DNA of 64,000 nt from Candidatus Falkowbacteria bacterium RIFOXYC2_FULL_36_12 (GTDB lineage: Bacteria > Patescibacteriota > Patescibacteriia > UBA11705). Positions within the stretch are counted from its first letter, which is position 1, and every line of letters starts with the position of its first letter. Shown piece by piece: positions 32,201 through 41,390 of the stretch. The position numbers were made by a program, and so were the translations under genes. The stretch is from the NCBI GenBank assembly GCA_001778235.1, contig MFGJ01000001.1:69302-133301 (forward strand), given 5' to 3'. The notes beneath the pieces are model-generated. The model was not told the DNA's origin. It did no database searches and saw nothing but the letters and a program-made list of their open reading frames with translations.

Positions 32201-33085
32201 TTACTGTGCGTCACCTGGAACAATATCTTCAACCTTGATAATCAAATCAAAAGTAGAAATAATGCTCTCAAAATCCTTGCGATAAGTCATGTAGTCTGGC
32301 AGGGTTTTATCAAGAAGATTGAATGTTGCTCTCAAAATTCGATTTTCAGTCAAGATCAGAATGGTCGGGATCTCATTGTCCTTGTCATCAAGATCAATAA
32401 AATAGAGCATTTTGCCATAAGTGAAATCTTTCTGATCAAGTAAATTCAATTCCTTGAAAATACTATATTTTTCATCAAGACTCAAACCAGCAAAATCAAT
32501 GTAATCATCTTTTATGGTAATGGCCTGAACAAAATTTGGAGTTTCCTTTGGTTGGAGGACTATTTCATACTGCAAGCGACTGGCAACTTTGGTGGCATCA
32601 GGCTCTGAAGTTGCTTCCGCAGTAGTAGCAGGCTGATCAGCGTTCAACTGCTTAGCCCTGACCACTTCCCAATTCTCTGGGAATTGCAACCGCATTCTTG
32701 CTTGATCATTGTTGTAAACCAACCAAGTTGAGACATCCAAATCTCGAGGTAATTTGCGATTGTTATCAAAAAAGTTTATCAAGAGCTCTTGATTGTCTTT
32801 TTCCAAGGTTTTAGCCTTGTCAACCAATTCGGTAATCTGATTCTTTAGATTTTCGACCTGTGTTTCCAAGGCAACTGTTTTGTCTGAACCACCTTTTTGC
32901 AATTCAGATAGTTTGTCTTTGGTATAACCAAAAACAATCCCAATTAAGCCTAATATCACAATGGCAACAACTGCCAAAGTAAAAAGAGAAACATTGTCGT
33001 TTCCCCCCCTAGACTTTGTTTTTGTCGATGTTGTAGACTTGACTTCCTCCTTCTCATCAAGCTCTTGCTTCTTTCTTGGTGACAT
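32201..33085 (-). CDS. Hypothetical membrane-anchored coiled-coil protein
   Basis: Single TM helix after a basic N-terminus, then a coiled-coil segment. Confidence 0.4.
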   Translation of the reverse strand: MSPRKKQELDEKEEVKSTTSTKTKSRGGNDNVSLFTLAVVAIVILGLIGIVFGYTKDKLSELQKGGSDKTVALETQVENLKNQITELVDKAKTLEKDNQELLINFFDNNRKLPRDLDVSTWLVYNNDQARMRLQFPENWEVVRAKQLNADQPATTAEATSEPDATKVASRLQYEIVLQPKETPNFVQAITIKDDYIDFAGLSLDEKYSIFKELNLLDQKDFTYGKMLYFIDLDDKDNEIPTILILTENRILRATFNLLDKTLPDYMTYRKDFESIISTFDLIIKVEDIVPGDAQ

Positions 33086-33246
33086 AATTTTTTTGCATTT
33101 ACTATCTTATGAACTATATTTTACCTTATCCAATAAATATCGCAAATTAGTTATATACAGGCAAATTTTCAACTTTTATTTGGCTTTAGCGTGAAAATAG
33201 GATAAAATTGATAATATCAGGATGATCTATCAACTAAAATAAATAT

Positions 33247-35001
33247 ATGAGTTCTATTGAAGAATTATTAAAAGATCCAGCAAAATTAAAATCAGGTCAA
33301 GTCAGTGATTCAACTACCAATGATGGGGGAAAAACAAGTATAAAGATAGAAGAAGTTTCAACAAAACAAAAGCTGGAGAAAAAAATGAAAGAAATTTCAA
33401 TCAAAGAAACTGAAAGCAGTGCAAAATCAATTGCGACATCTTCTGGAGTGCCATACATTGATCTGATTGGATTTCCGATCAGCCAAGAGACGATCGCTAT
33501 TATTCCAAAAGATAAATCAATATCCATGAGGGTTATTTGTTTCCTTTATATTGGAGAGGAAATGAGAATTGGGACTACTGAACCAGAGAATGAGGAAATA
33601 AAAGAATACGCATATCAACTTGGAGAAAATAACCGAGCAAAGGTGGAAATTTATAAAATTTCAGAGAATAGCCTGAAGGAAGCACAAAAAGTCTATGATA
33701 AGATTCCTGTTCGGGCAAAAAAGATTGAGGGAGTAAGTGTGTCAGAAGAAGATTTAAATAAATATACAGATATTGGCCGTGATTTCAAAAAATTAAACGA
33801 AACTGTAAAGAAAACTAATATTTCTGACATGGTTTCATTGGTTATTGCGGCGGCGCTCGAATCAGGTTCATCTGATATTCATATTGAAGCAGAAGAAAAA
33901 GATGTAAAAATCCGTTTACGAGTTGACGGGATACTGCATGATGCAGCGGAAATTGAAAAAGATAAATGGTCAAAAATTATTTCCCGTATTAAATTACTTG
34001 CAGGACTAAAAATTAATATTTCGGATAAACCACAGGATGGCAGATTTAGCATTGCAACCAAGGAAGATAAAATTGATGTCAGAACTTCAACCCTGCCAAC
34101 TGCTTATGGTGAAAGCGTGGTGATGAGAATTTTGAATTCCTCTGCCGCGGGAGTTGACTTTGATAAGCTGGGATTGATAGGATTGGCAGCCAAACGGCTT
34201 GAAGAACAGATGGCTAGACCAAATGGGATGATTATAACCACTGGTCCGACCGGTTCTGGTAAGACAACCACTTTGTACTCAATTTTATTTCAATTAAACA
34301 AAGAAGGAACTAAAATAATTACCCTTGAAGATCCAATTGAATATAAACTAAAAGGGATTAATCAAAGTCAAATTGATCATAGCAAACACTATTCATTCGC
34401 TGATGGCTTGAGATCAATTTTGAGACAAGACCCAGATATTGTGATGGTAGGTGAAATGAGGGATAAGGAAACTGCTGATGTTGCGGTAAACGCTGCCTTG
34501 ACCGGTCATTTGGTTCTATCTACTATTCATACAAATAATGCGGCTGGCGCTATCCCAAGGTTTTTAGCCATGGGAGTGAAAGGATTTTTGTTGGCTCCTG
34601 CAATAAACGCGGTTATGGGACAAAGATTGGTTAGAAGAATCTGCCAAGATTGTAAGATAGAATATGAAGCAAAACCTGAAGAATTAGAAAACGCAAAAAA
34701 AATCCTAGAATCCATTCCCGAAGGTCATCCTGATCGGCCTGATTTATCAAATTTGCAGTTCTATACTGGTAAAGGCTGTGAAAAGTGTAATGAGATGAAA
34801 TATAAAGGTAGAGTCGGTATTTATGAAATCATGGTAATGAATAAAGAAATCGAACAGGTAATTTTATCAGAAAAACTGTCTGTCACCCAAATGGAAGAGC
34901 TGGCAATAAAAAATCAAATGCTGACCATGGCACAGGATGGATTGATCAAGGCGATGAAGGGAATGACTACGCTTGAAGAGGTGTTTAGGGTGAGTGAGTA
35001 A
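33247..35001 (+). CDS. pilB: Type IV pilus / type II secretion assembly ATPase (GspE/PilB family)
   Basis: Walker A TGPTGSGKTTTLYS, Asp box, His box, and tetracysteine motif CQDC...CEKC. Confidence 0.85.
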   Translation: MSSIEELLKDPAKLKSGQVSDSTTNDGGKTSIKIEEVSTKQKLEKKMKEISIKETESSAKSIATSSGVPYIDLIGFPISQETIAIIPKDKSISMRVICFLYIGEEMRIGTTEPENEEIKEYAYQLGENNRAKVEIYKISENSLKEAQKVYDKIPVRAKKIEGVSVSEEDLNKYTDIGRDFKKLNETVKKTNISDMVSLVIAAALESGSSDIHIEAEEKDVKIRLRVDGILHDAAEIEKDKWSKIISRIKLLAGLKINISDKPQDGRFSIATKEDKIDVRTSTLPTAYGESVVMRILNSSAAGVDFDKLGLIGLAAKRLEEQMARPNGMIITTGPTGSGKTTTLYSILFQLNKEGTKIITLEDPIEYKLKGINQSQIDHSKHYSFADGLRSILRQDPDIVMVGEMRDKETADVAVNAALTGHLVLSTIHTNNAAGAIPRFLAMGVKGFLLAPAINAVMGQRLVRRICQDCKIEYEAKPEELENAKKILESIPEGHPDRPDLSNLQFYTGKGCEKCNEMKYKGRVGIYEIMVMNKEIEQVILSEKLSVTQMEELAIKNQMLTMAQDGLIKAMKGMTTLEEVFRVSE

Positions 35002-35154
35002 ATTAAAGTAGAAGGTAATTGTAAGTTTAATTTTTGTTTGAGTTGACTTTTTTACTCCACAGATTAGAATCATAACACTATCATAAAACCTAAATACTCA
35101 TATTTCATACTCCTTTTATTCACTTATTATAGCGGATATTAAATACCTAGAATA

Positions 35155-35222
35155 CAAACTTCGCATAAGGCGTAGCCCATTTTGCGAAATTTACTTTTTC
35201 TTTTCGCTACGGCGGACGCATT
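35155..35222 (+). repeat. GC-rich direct repeat, upstream copy, flanking the P-loop kinase gene
   Basis: aacttcgcataaggcgtagcccattttgcgaaatt pairs with the downstream copy aacttcgcattaggcgcagccattatacgcaattc at 35985-36022. Confidence 0.55.
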
Positions 35223-35305
35223 TCTGTAATGAATAAATTGAATTATTTATTTTAAAGAGGGGGAATAAGGAAGAAAACTTTATTAATTTATTATCAAACA
35301 AAAAC

Positions 35306-35881
35306 ATGGCCAAAAGTATATTTATATTCATTTCTGGTTTTGGTGCTACTGGGAAATCTACACTTGGGAAAATTATTTCTGAAAAATTCAATATTCCAAA
35401 CATCGGCAATGATGAAATTAAAGAAATTATTTGGTCTCAAATAGGCTGGGAACATGATAAATCCGAATGGGATAAAGTGGGCAAAATGGCATTTGAATTT
35501 ACCTATTATTTTGTTAATGCCTCCCTGTCCAAAGGGAAAAGCATTATTGCAGAAGCTAATTTCCAGCCAGATAAAAACAATGAGAGATTGAATGAACTGA
35601 AACAGAAATATGGTTGTAAATTGTTACAGATTCATTGTAAAGCCGACAGAGAGGTTATTGTTAATAGGTATAAGGAAAGGTTGGCATCTGAAGATTTTCA
35701 TACTGGGCGTAAGCATGCCATAAAAAATATTTTTGGAGAAGAAAAATTTCTATCGAAAATTGGTATTGGTAGTAGAGTTCTAGATATTGAAGGTGAGACG
35801 CTTGAGATTGATACATCAAATCCAAACACAGTCAACTATGAAGAAATATTTAAATTTATAGAAAAAAATATTAAGGAATAA
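35306..35881 (+). CDS. P-loop kinase-like protein (zeta-toxin / chloramphenicol-phosphotransferase-like NTPase fold)
   Basis: Walker A ISGFGATGKSTLGK close to the N-terminus; ~190 aa, typical of small-molecule or nucleotide kinases. Confidence 0.55.
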   Translation: MAKSIFIFISGFGATGKSTLGKIISEKFNIPNIGNDEIKEIIWSQIGWEHDKSEWDKVGKMAFEFTYYFVNASLSKGKSIIAEANFQPDKNNERLNELKQKYGCKLLQIHCKADREVIVNRYKERLASEDFHTGRKHAIKNIFGEEKFLSKIGIGSRVLDIEGETLEIDTSNPNTVNYEEIFKFIEKNIKE

Positions 35882-35984
35882 GAAAAGAATAAGGAGTCTT
35901 TGTTTTTTGGAACTTCCCGCCTCAGGCGGACAAGCGCACAACAGCGCCTATACGAAATTGCCTGTCGGATAGCTCCGCTACCCG

Positions 35985-36022
35985 TCCGCAACTTCGCATT
36001 AGGCGCAGCCATTATACGCAAT
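35985..36022 (+). repeat. GC-rich direct repeat, downstream copy
   Basis: See the upstream copy; ggcggacg/cgtccgc complementarity adjoins both. Confidence 0.55.
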
Positions 36023-36175
36023 TCAAAAAATATTTTTCTTTTAATTTACGGATCTTTTGATAGGCTTTAATAAGGAATAAATTTGATTTTTTTTTTGATT
36101 AGAGGGGAAATAAAGTGTTTTCTCCGCTATCGCACCGAAAACTATTTATAATAACAGATACTTAACTAAGTTTAT

Positions 36176-37096
36176 ATGAACAATTTACTAGAAATACAAT
36201 CTTTAAACAAAACGCAGCTTACCGCCTTAATCAACAGATCAATAGATTTTAGTAAAAACAAAAAACAGCAATTATTAAAGAATAAACGCTTAGCTCTATT
36301 GTTTTCAGAGGTCTCTTTGAGAACCAAAATGTCGTTTAAAATTGGAATGCAATTATTAGGCGGTATTGCCACAACTGTCTCAATTCCGCACTTAACAAAA
36401 GAATTTGACGGAACAAATAGAGAGGATTTCTTAGATATTTTAAAATCACTGGAAGGTTGGGTAGATGCTTTTGTAATAAGAGATTACACAGGAAAATTAT
36501 TAGAAATGTCATTAAAACATACTAATTTACCTATAATCGATGGCTTTTGCGGTCTTAATCACCCCACACAAACTATTGCAGATCTGGCTATTATTCAAAA
36601 AGAATTTAAAAAAATCAAAAATCTTAAAATATGCTGTGTCTGTCCTCCATTTGGTAGCGGTGTTATGGAATCCTTTGCATACGGTGGGATTATAATGGGG
36701 GCGGATATATATTTCTTGACTCCAGAAAGCAAATATAGTTCTAAAAACAAAAGTTTCAATAAAAAGATTAAAGCATTGGGGAAAAAATGGGGCGGAAAGT
36801 TGACCATAACAACTGATATAAAAGTAGCATTATCAGATGCAAAAATCTTATATGTTGACGAGTGGTGGAAAAATACTAAAAACTTTTTGGATATTAAACT
36901 TGGTAAACTCAAAGTTGACAATGCTTTTTTGCAAAATGCTCTCCCAAATATTAAAATAATGCATTATTTACCAGCTCACCATGATAGAGAAATAACCAAA
37001 GAAATTTTACATTCAAAAAAATCAATAGCTTTTGAGCAAGCCGAGTTCAGATTATATTCTGCAATGGCTAGCTTGGAATATATTTTTAATAGGTAA
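36176..37096 (+). CDS. Divergent transcarbamylase of the ATCase/OTCase fold; substrate unknown
   Basis: SLRTKMSF in place of the STRTR carbamoyl-phosphate motif at the expected position; HPTQ motif; HYLPAHHDREIT in place of HCLPAxRGxE. Confidence 0.6.
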   Translation: MNNLLEIQSLNKTQLTALINRSIDFSKNKKQQLLKNKRLALLFSEVSLRTKMSFKIGMQLLGGIATTVSIPHLTKEFDGTNREDFLDILKSLEGWVDAFVIRDYTGKLLEMSLKHTNLPIIDGFCGLNHPTQTIADLAIIQKEFKKIKNLKICCVCPPFGSGVMESFAYGGIIMGADIYFLTPESKYSSKNKSFNKKIKALGKKWGGKLTITTDIKVALSDAKILYVDEWWKNTKNFLDIKLGKLKVDNAFLQNALPNIKIMHYLPAHHDREITKEILHSKKSIAFEQAEFRLYSAMASLEYIFNR

Positions 37097-37101
37097 TTTT
37101 T

Positions 37102-39042
37102 ATGTCAATTATATCCAAACCATCTTCAGTACAAATTAATGATGAAATTAGATATCAAAAGAAATTAATAAATAAATTTAGATCCTTATCTAATAAATAC
37201 TCAATAAAAATTTTAGATGAAAAATTTATTGTTTATCCGAAAGTATTTGAACCCAATTTGGATTCTGAGATACTTATAAAATCCTTAAAACATTTTAAAT
37301 TTACAAATTTTTTAGAAATCGGTGGTGGGACAGGAATTGTAAGTATTTTTGCGAGTAAATATGCAAAATCTGGGTTAGTTGTTGATATAAATAAAAATGC
37401 GATAAAAAATATTCAGGATAATATAAATTTACATAATTTAAATAAAATACTAACAGTTAATCGCGGTTCTCTTTTTGACAATGTTAGTCAAAAATATGAT
37501 CTAATTATCGCCAATCTTCCATTCATGAAAATAAAATCAGAAGATGTTGTCGCATCTGCTTTTTTTGATGAAAATCTTTCCACATGGAGTACTTTCTTAT
37601 CTCAGGCTTCAGAATATCTAACAGAAAATGGTTCCATATTGACCGTTTTACCAAATTTTTGCGCATTTGATGATATTCTTGAAATGGCTAAAAAAAATCA
37701 TTTTGAATATAAAATCATTGATTCATTAAGGGAAGATTGGAGGGAATTTACGACATTTAAATTATTTAAAAAATCAAATAAAATTTTAGTTGAACAAAGC
37801 AAGAAGATTGCAATATTCCTAAGAATAAATGCACGTAAAAAAAATAAGTATACATATGATACCATTAAAAAACCCTTTTACTTTTATGTTGACGGTTATA
37901 ATGGGAAATTACCCGTGTTTATTTTTTCATCTTTTCCATGCGCTAAATATTGCCAAGGATATTGTACACCTTGTTTATATTCAAACATAACTTGCAGCAG
38001 AGCAAAAAAAGATGAAATATATAATTCATTGATAGTACAAACACAATATATAATAGATAATTTTGACAACCTCATTACTAACAAACAGACAGACGCTGAA
38101 CACAAAAATCTCCATAAAATATATCCCGAAAATAAATTAGTCACCGCAGAGCTATGTGGCGAAGGTTCTTTTTTGGCAAACCCCGAAATACCATCTGAAT
38201 TCAGAAAAAAAATTATTGATATGTTTGTTGAATACTCTCAAAAAGAAAAGCTCAACATGCAACTATTCTTTGAATCAAAAATTTCAGATTTTCTTGAGGT
38301 TTATCAAGAATTTGAAGACCAAAAAGATTTAATTAAAAAATACAATCTTACACTTCTTTTTGGTTTTGAGGCAGTGAATGATTTCACAAGGCAGGTTCTT
38401 TATAACAAGGGCTTACAATTAAGGGACTTTGAAAAAGGAATTAAAAAAGCTCAAGAATTAGGCTTTCGCACAGGCGTTTTTGTCTTTTGCGGTGTACATT
38501 CAATGACGCAAAAAGAAATCATTGAAGACACGAAACAAACCATTGAATATTGCCGAAAGAATAATATTGCCTTTTATTTAATGTTACCAAACTTACAGCC
38601 ATTCACCCTTAATCACTTATTATTTATCAACAATAGATACAATCTGTTAGACCCAAGAACAGTTTTGGAAATAATCAAAATACTTATTGCTGACTCCGAT
38701 GGTACTGACAGTTCTTATTATTTGAACGGACATAACTGGAGCATCGGCGGCTTGACAACACACCCCCAACCAGAAATGTTTCTATTTCAAAACAAAAAAA
38801 ATATTGCTTGTGAGAAATGTTCAAATAGAATCAAAAGGATGATTTATGATCTTGCCAAAAGCTATGATACAGAAAAATTCATGGCAGAAGCAAAAAAACT
38901 GGATACTTGTAAATGCAAAAAAGACTATATTGCATTTACTGAATATGAAGAGCGAAATAAAGAAACCCTGCGGAAGCGAGTAGAAGATAATTTAACTTTT
39001 GCAATGGTAGAAAAAGAAAATTACATTAATACTTTACTATGA
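37102..39042 (+). CDS. Fusion protein: N-terminal class-I SAM methyltransferase-like domain (NLPF motif, HemK/Trm5-like) plus C-terminal radical-SAM domain with extra Cys pairs
   Basis: Motif I LEIGGGTGIV; motif IV DLIIANLPF; radical-SAM CX3CX2C within FPCAKYCQGYCTPC; GGE-like LCGEGSFLANPE; C-terminal CEKC...CKCKKD. Confidence 0.6.
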   Translation: MSIISKPSSVQINDEIRYQKKLINKFRSLSNKYSIKILDEKFIVYPKVFEPNLDSEILIKSLKHFKFTNFLEIGGGTGIVSIFASKYAKSGLVVDINKNAIKNIQDNINLHNLNKILTVNRGSLFDNVSQKYDLIIANLPFMKIKSEDVVASAFFDENLSTWSTFLSQASEYLTENGSILTVLPNFCAFDDILEMAKKNHFEYKIIDSLREDWREFTTFKLFKKSNKILVEQSKKIAIFLRINARKKNKYTYDTIKKPFYFYVDGYNGKLPVFIFSSFPCAKYCQGYCTPCLYSNITCSRAKKDEIYNSLIVQTQYIIDNFDNLITNKQTDAEHKNLHKIYPENKLVTAELCGEGSFLANPEIPSEFRKKIIDMFVEYSQKEKLNMQLFFESKISDFLEVYQEFEDQKDLIKKYNLTLLFGFEAVNDFTRQVLYNKGLQLRDFEKGIKKAQELGFRTGVFVFCGVHSMTQKEIIEDTKQTIEYCRKNNIAFYLMLPNLQPFTLNHLLFINNRYNLLDPRTVLEIIKILIADSDGTDSSYYLNGHNWSIGGLTTHPQPEMFLFQNKKNIACEKCSNRIKRMIYDLAKSYDTEKFMAEAKKLDTCKCKKDYIAFTEYEERNKETLRKRVEDNLTFAMVEKENYINTLL

Positions 39043-39365
39043 TAAAAAACAATATTTGGGGATATCAATTAATCTTAGATTTTCGAAATTGTAATAAAAC
39101 TATTTTTAAAGACGAAGAAAAAATGAAAATGAAACCCTATGGACAACCATTGATTAAAGAGTTTGGCAAAGACAAACTCAAAGGATATTCAGTTTTACAA
39201 TTTATTGAAACATCATCAATTACGATTCATTTTGACAATTTTGGAAATAGAGTTTTTATTGATATTTTTAGCTGTAAAAAATTCAGTAAGCAAAGTGCTG
39301 AAAATTTTTGTAAAAAATTCTTTAACACTAACGATGTAAAGTCATATTTACTGGAAAGATATTAG
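39039..39365 (+). CDS. Pyruvoyl-dependent decarboxylase-like small protein (SpeH/AdoMetDC class 1b-like)
   Basis: IETSSITIHFDNFGNRVFIDIFSC resembles the AdoMetDC self-cleavage/pyruvoyl region (ESHISIHTWPE...VDVFTCG). Overlaps the upstream gene by 4 nt. Confidence 0.45.
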   Translation: MIKNNIWGYQLILDFRNCNKTIFKDEEKMKMKPYGQPLIKEFGKDKLKGYSVLQFIETSSITIHFDNFGNRVFIDIFSCKKFSKQSAENFCKKFFNTNDVKSYLLERY

Positions 39366-39519
39366 TCTTTTTGCTATAACTATAAAGGCAGTAATCGTCT
39401 ACAATAGAAAAATGGTCGATCCCATCGCTTCAACATTAGACCCTGAAGAGACCGGCAAACAAATTTATTAATATTGAATAAAAAACCTATCAAAATACAG
39501 TTAATTGAAAAATATTTTT

Positions 39520-39680
39520 GAACTCACTCCGCTACGCTTCGTGCCACGCTGCGCTTTCCTCCCTTCGGTCGTCAGGGCGTATAATAAGGATTATGAGGAA
39601 AATGGCTCGGCTCGCCATTTTCCCAAATTTGATCCACTTCGTTCCGCAAACTTCTCATAATCCTAACGTTGTGCAAAACA
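39520..39680 (+). repeat. GC-rich structured palindromic element
   Basis: Inverted repeat aaggattatgag/ctcataatcct enclosing the perfect hairpin aaaatggc-tcggctc-gccatttt. Confidence 0.5.
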
Positions 39681-39732
39681 ATAAAAAATGATATAATTAG
39701 AGGATAAAAATTTTTAATTAATTAAGTACAAT

Positions 39733-40044
39733 ATGGAAAGATTAACCAATGAAAAAAATGATGCCATACGTGCTGAGGCGCGACAAAAAGCATTAGAGGA
39801 AGCACGAGAACACGGTTTACAAGTTGGGACAACCGTTGGCTTTTATGACCTTAGAGATAGGATGAGCTATGAATTATTAGAAATTATAGGAGATACTGCA
39901 ATCATTGGATATGAAAATGAACGAGATGGTAAAGTCCGCATAGAAGCTCCCTTACAAGACCTAGTAGATGTAAACCGTGTTCTCAATATTGCTTCCGAAA
40001 TAATGGCCACTAGAAGTAGTATTAGGCCAGAGCAGTGGAATTAA
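39733..40044 (+). CDS. Hypothetical protein (103 aa)
   Basis: ORF with a plausible coiled-coil N-terminus. Confidence 0.35.
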   Translation: MERLTNEKNDAIRAEARQKALEEAREHGLQVGTTVGFYDLRDRMSYELLEIIGDTAIIGYENERDGKVRIEAPLQDLVDVNRVLNIASEIMATRSSIRPEQWN

Positions 40045-40094
40045 AAATTTTTATATTTGAAAGCATTTTTTATTACAGAGTACAACACTGCATA

Positions 40095-40215
40095 GCCGGT
40101 TCGGGCTTTTTACAAAAGCCCTCACCCAAATTGTGCAGGTGTAAGCCTTCGGCTATTATACGACTGCACAACTTCGGCTATGCAGGAATGTTGTGCAAAA
40201 CCGCTCGCACACGCT
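40095..40215 (+). repeat. GC-rich palindromic element
   Basis: ctgcatagccg...cggctatgcag inverted repeat; shares the aacttcgg motif with the repeats flanking the kinase gene. Confidence 0.45.
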
Positions 40216-40363
40216 CCGCGGAACATCAGTTGAGCGCAAATATTAGTGAGTATGATGAATCAAGAAGTTTTCAGGCAAATAAGCTTGACAATGTTGCTCT
40301 AATGCTGTAAGCTGGGATGTTTGATAGAAATAGAAAACACAGCCAAAGGATAGAGGGGTAAAG

Positions 40364-40534
40364 ATGACAGGAACCAAAGTAAGAGATATTCTTAAACTTA
40401 TTGCCAAAAAAAATGCTGCAGATGATTATAAGAGACAACTTTCCGATAGAAAAACTGAAATCGTTAAATTGGGACAATTACCAGCGCAACTGGCTAGACT
40501 AAAATCTTTAAGAGATCAAAAATCGAGTGATTAG
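40364..40534 (+). CDS. Small hypothetical protein (56 aa; MTGTKVRDILKLIAKKNAADDYKRQL...)
   Basis: Short ORF preceded by AGGGGTAAAG; not in the ORF track (<60 aa). Confidence 0.25.
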   Translation: MTGTKVRDILKLIAKKNAADDYKRQLSDRKTEIVKLGQLPAQLARLKSLRDQKSSD

Positions 40535-41379
40535 CTTTCACCCGATTTTTTTAATCTATTGATAACTTTTTGATAGTGCATTAGAAGTATTGGAACGCTT
40601 TCTTTCGGAATATCATCTTGCCACTTTACAATATACTCAACATATTTTTCCAATTGCAAAATAAATTCATTACGAATCATGCTAGCGTATCGACGCAACC
40701 GCTTTTTATCTCCCTCGGTACTGGTTTTTCCTCGTTCTTTTTTCATTAATTCTTCAATCTGAATGGTTGTCTGTGGTGGTAATCCTAAAATAACTTTTGG
40801 CATACGAAATTTACCACAAATATCCGGGTCAGCTTCCAATTGGAAGTATTTAACTCTTTGCAAATAACCTTTTAATATTTCATCGGTAATTTTTTCCTCT
40901 TTGGCCATAATTGTCATCACTTCATCGGTTGAAGCAACATCTACGGCTAAAAATTCGTAACCATGCTTGGCATTATCATCTTCAAGTGCAAGAACAAAAT
41001 CTACTCCATTGGTAAAATCATCATGGAGAGAAGCCGGAGTAATGCAAAACTCACCAGGGAAATCACCATAATTGGCTAATAATTCCATTGAAATGTATTC
41101 AGCTATCTCACTGGTTTCGTGGTAATTCTCTTTTACCCCTGAACCGCGTCGACGAACTGAATCATAAAAAACATCTCCTACTTGATGTCTCTGCGACATT
41201 TTTCTTACTCTTTCAATATCTTTAGCAACTTTTTCTGGTTGGTAAACCCTTTGACCATCTTCATCAATTAGACCCTGGAGGTCTTTAATTCGTGGTCTAG
41301 CTGCATTCCATTCAGAGATTAACTTTTCTGTAAATGTTTCTGGCTGAAACTCCTGAAATCTTTTTTCTGCGAATGCCAT
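40531..41379 (-). CDS. Hypothetical protein (282 aa)
   Basis: ORF only. Confidence 0.4.
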   Translation of the reverse strand: MAFAEKRFQEFQPETFTEKLISEWNAARPRIKDLQGLIDEDGQRVYQPEKVAKDIERVRKMSQRHQVGDVFYDSVRRRGSGVKENYHETSEIAEYISMELLANYGDFPGEFCITPASLHDDFTNGVDFVLALEDDNAKHGYEFLAVDVASTDEVMTIMAKEEKITDEILKGYLQRVKYFQLEADPDICGKFRMPKVILGLPPQTTIQIEELMKKERGKTSTEGDKKRLRRYASMIRNEFILQLEKYVEYIVKWQDDIPKESVPILLMHYQKVINRLKKSGES

Positions 41380-41390
41380 ATTTTTTATTT

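Noticed and set aside
40035-40310. 91-aa ORF
   Set aside because: It runs through a GC-rich palindromic repeat element, it has odd composition (Cys/Arg-rich from GC-rich DNA), and no start context.
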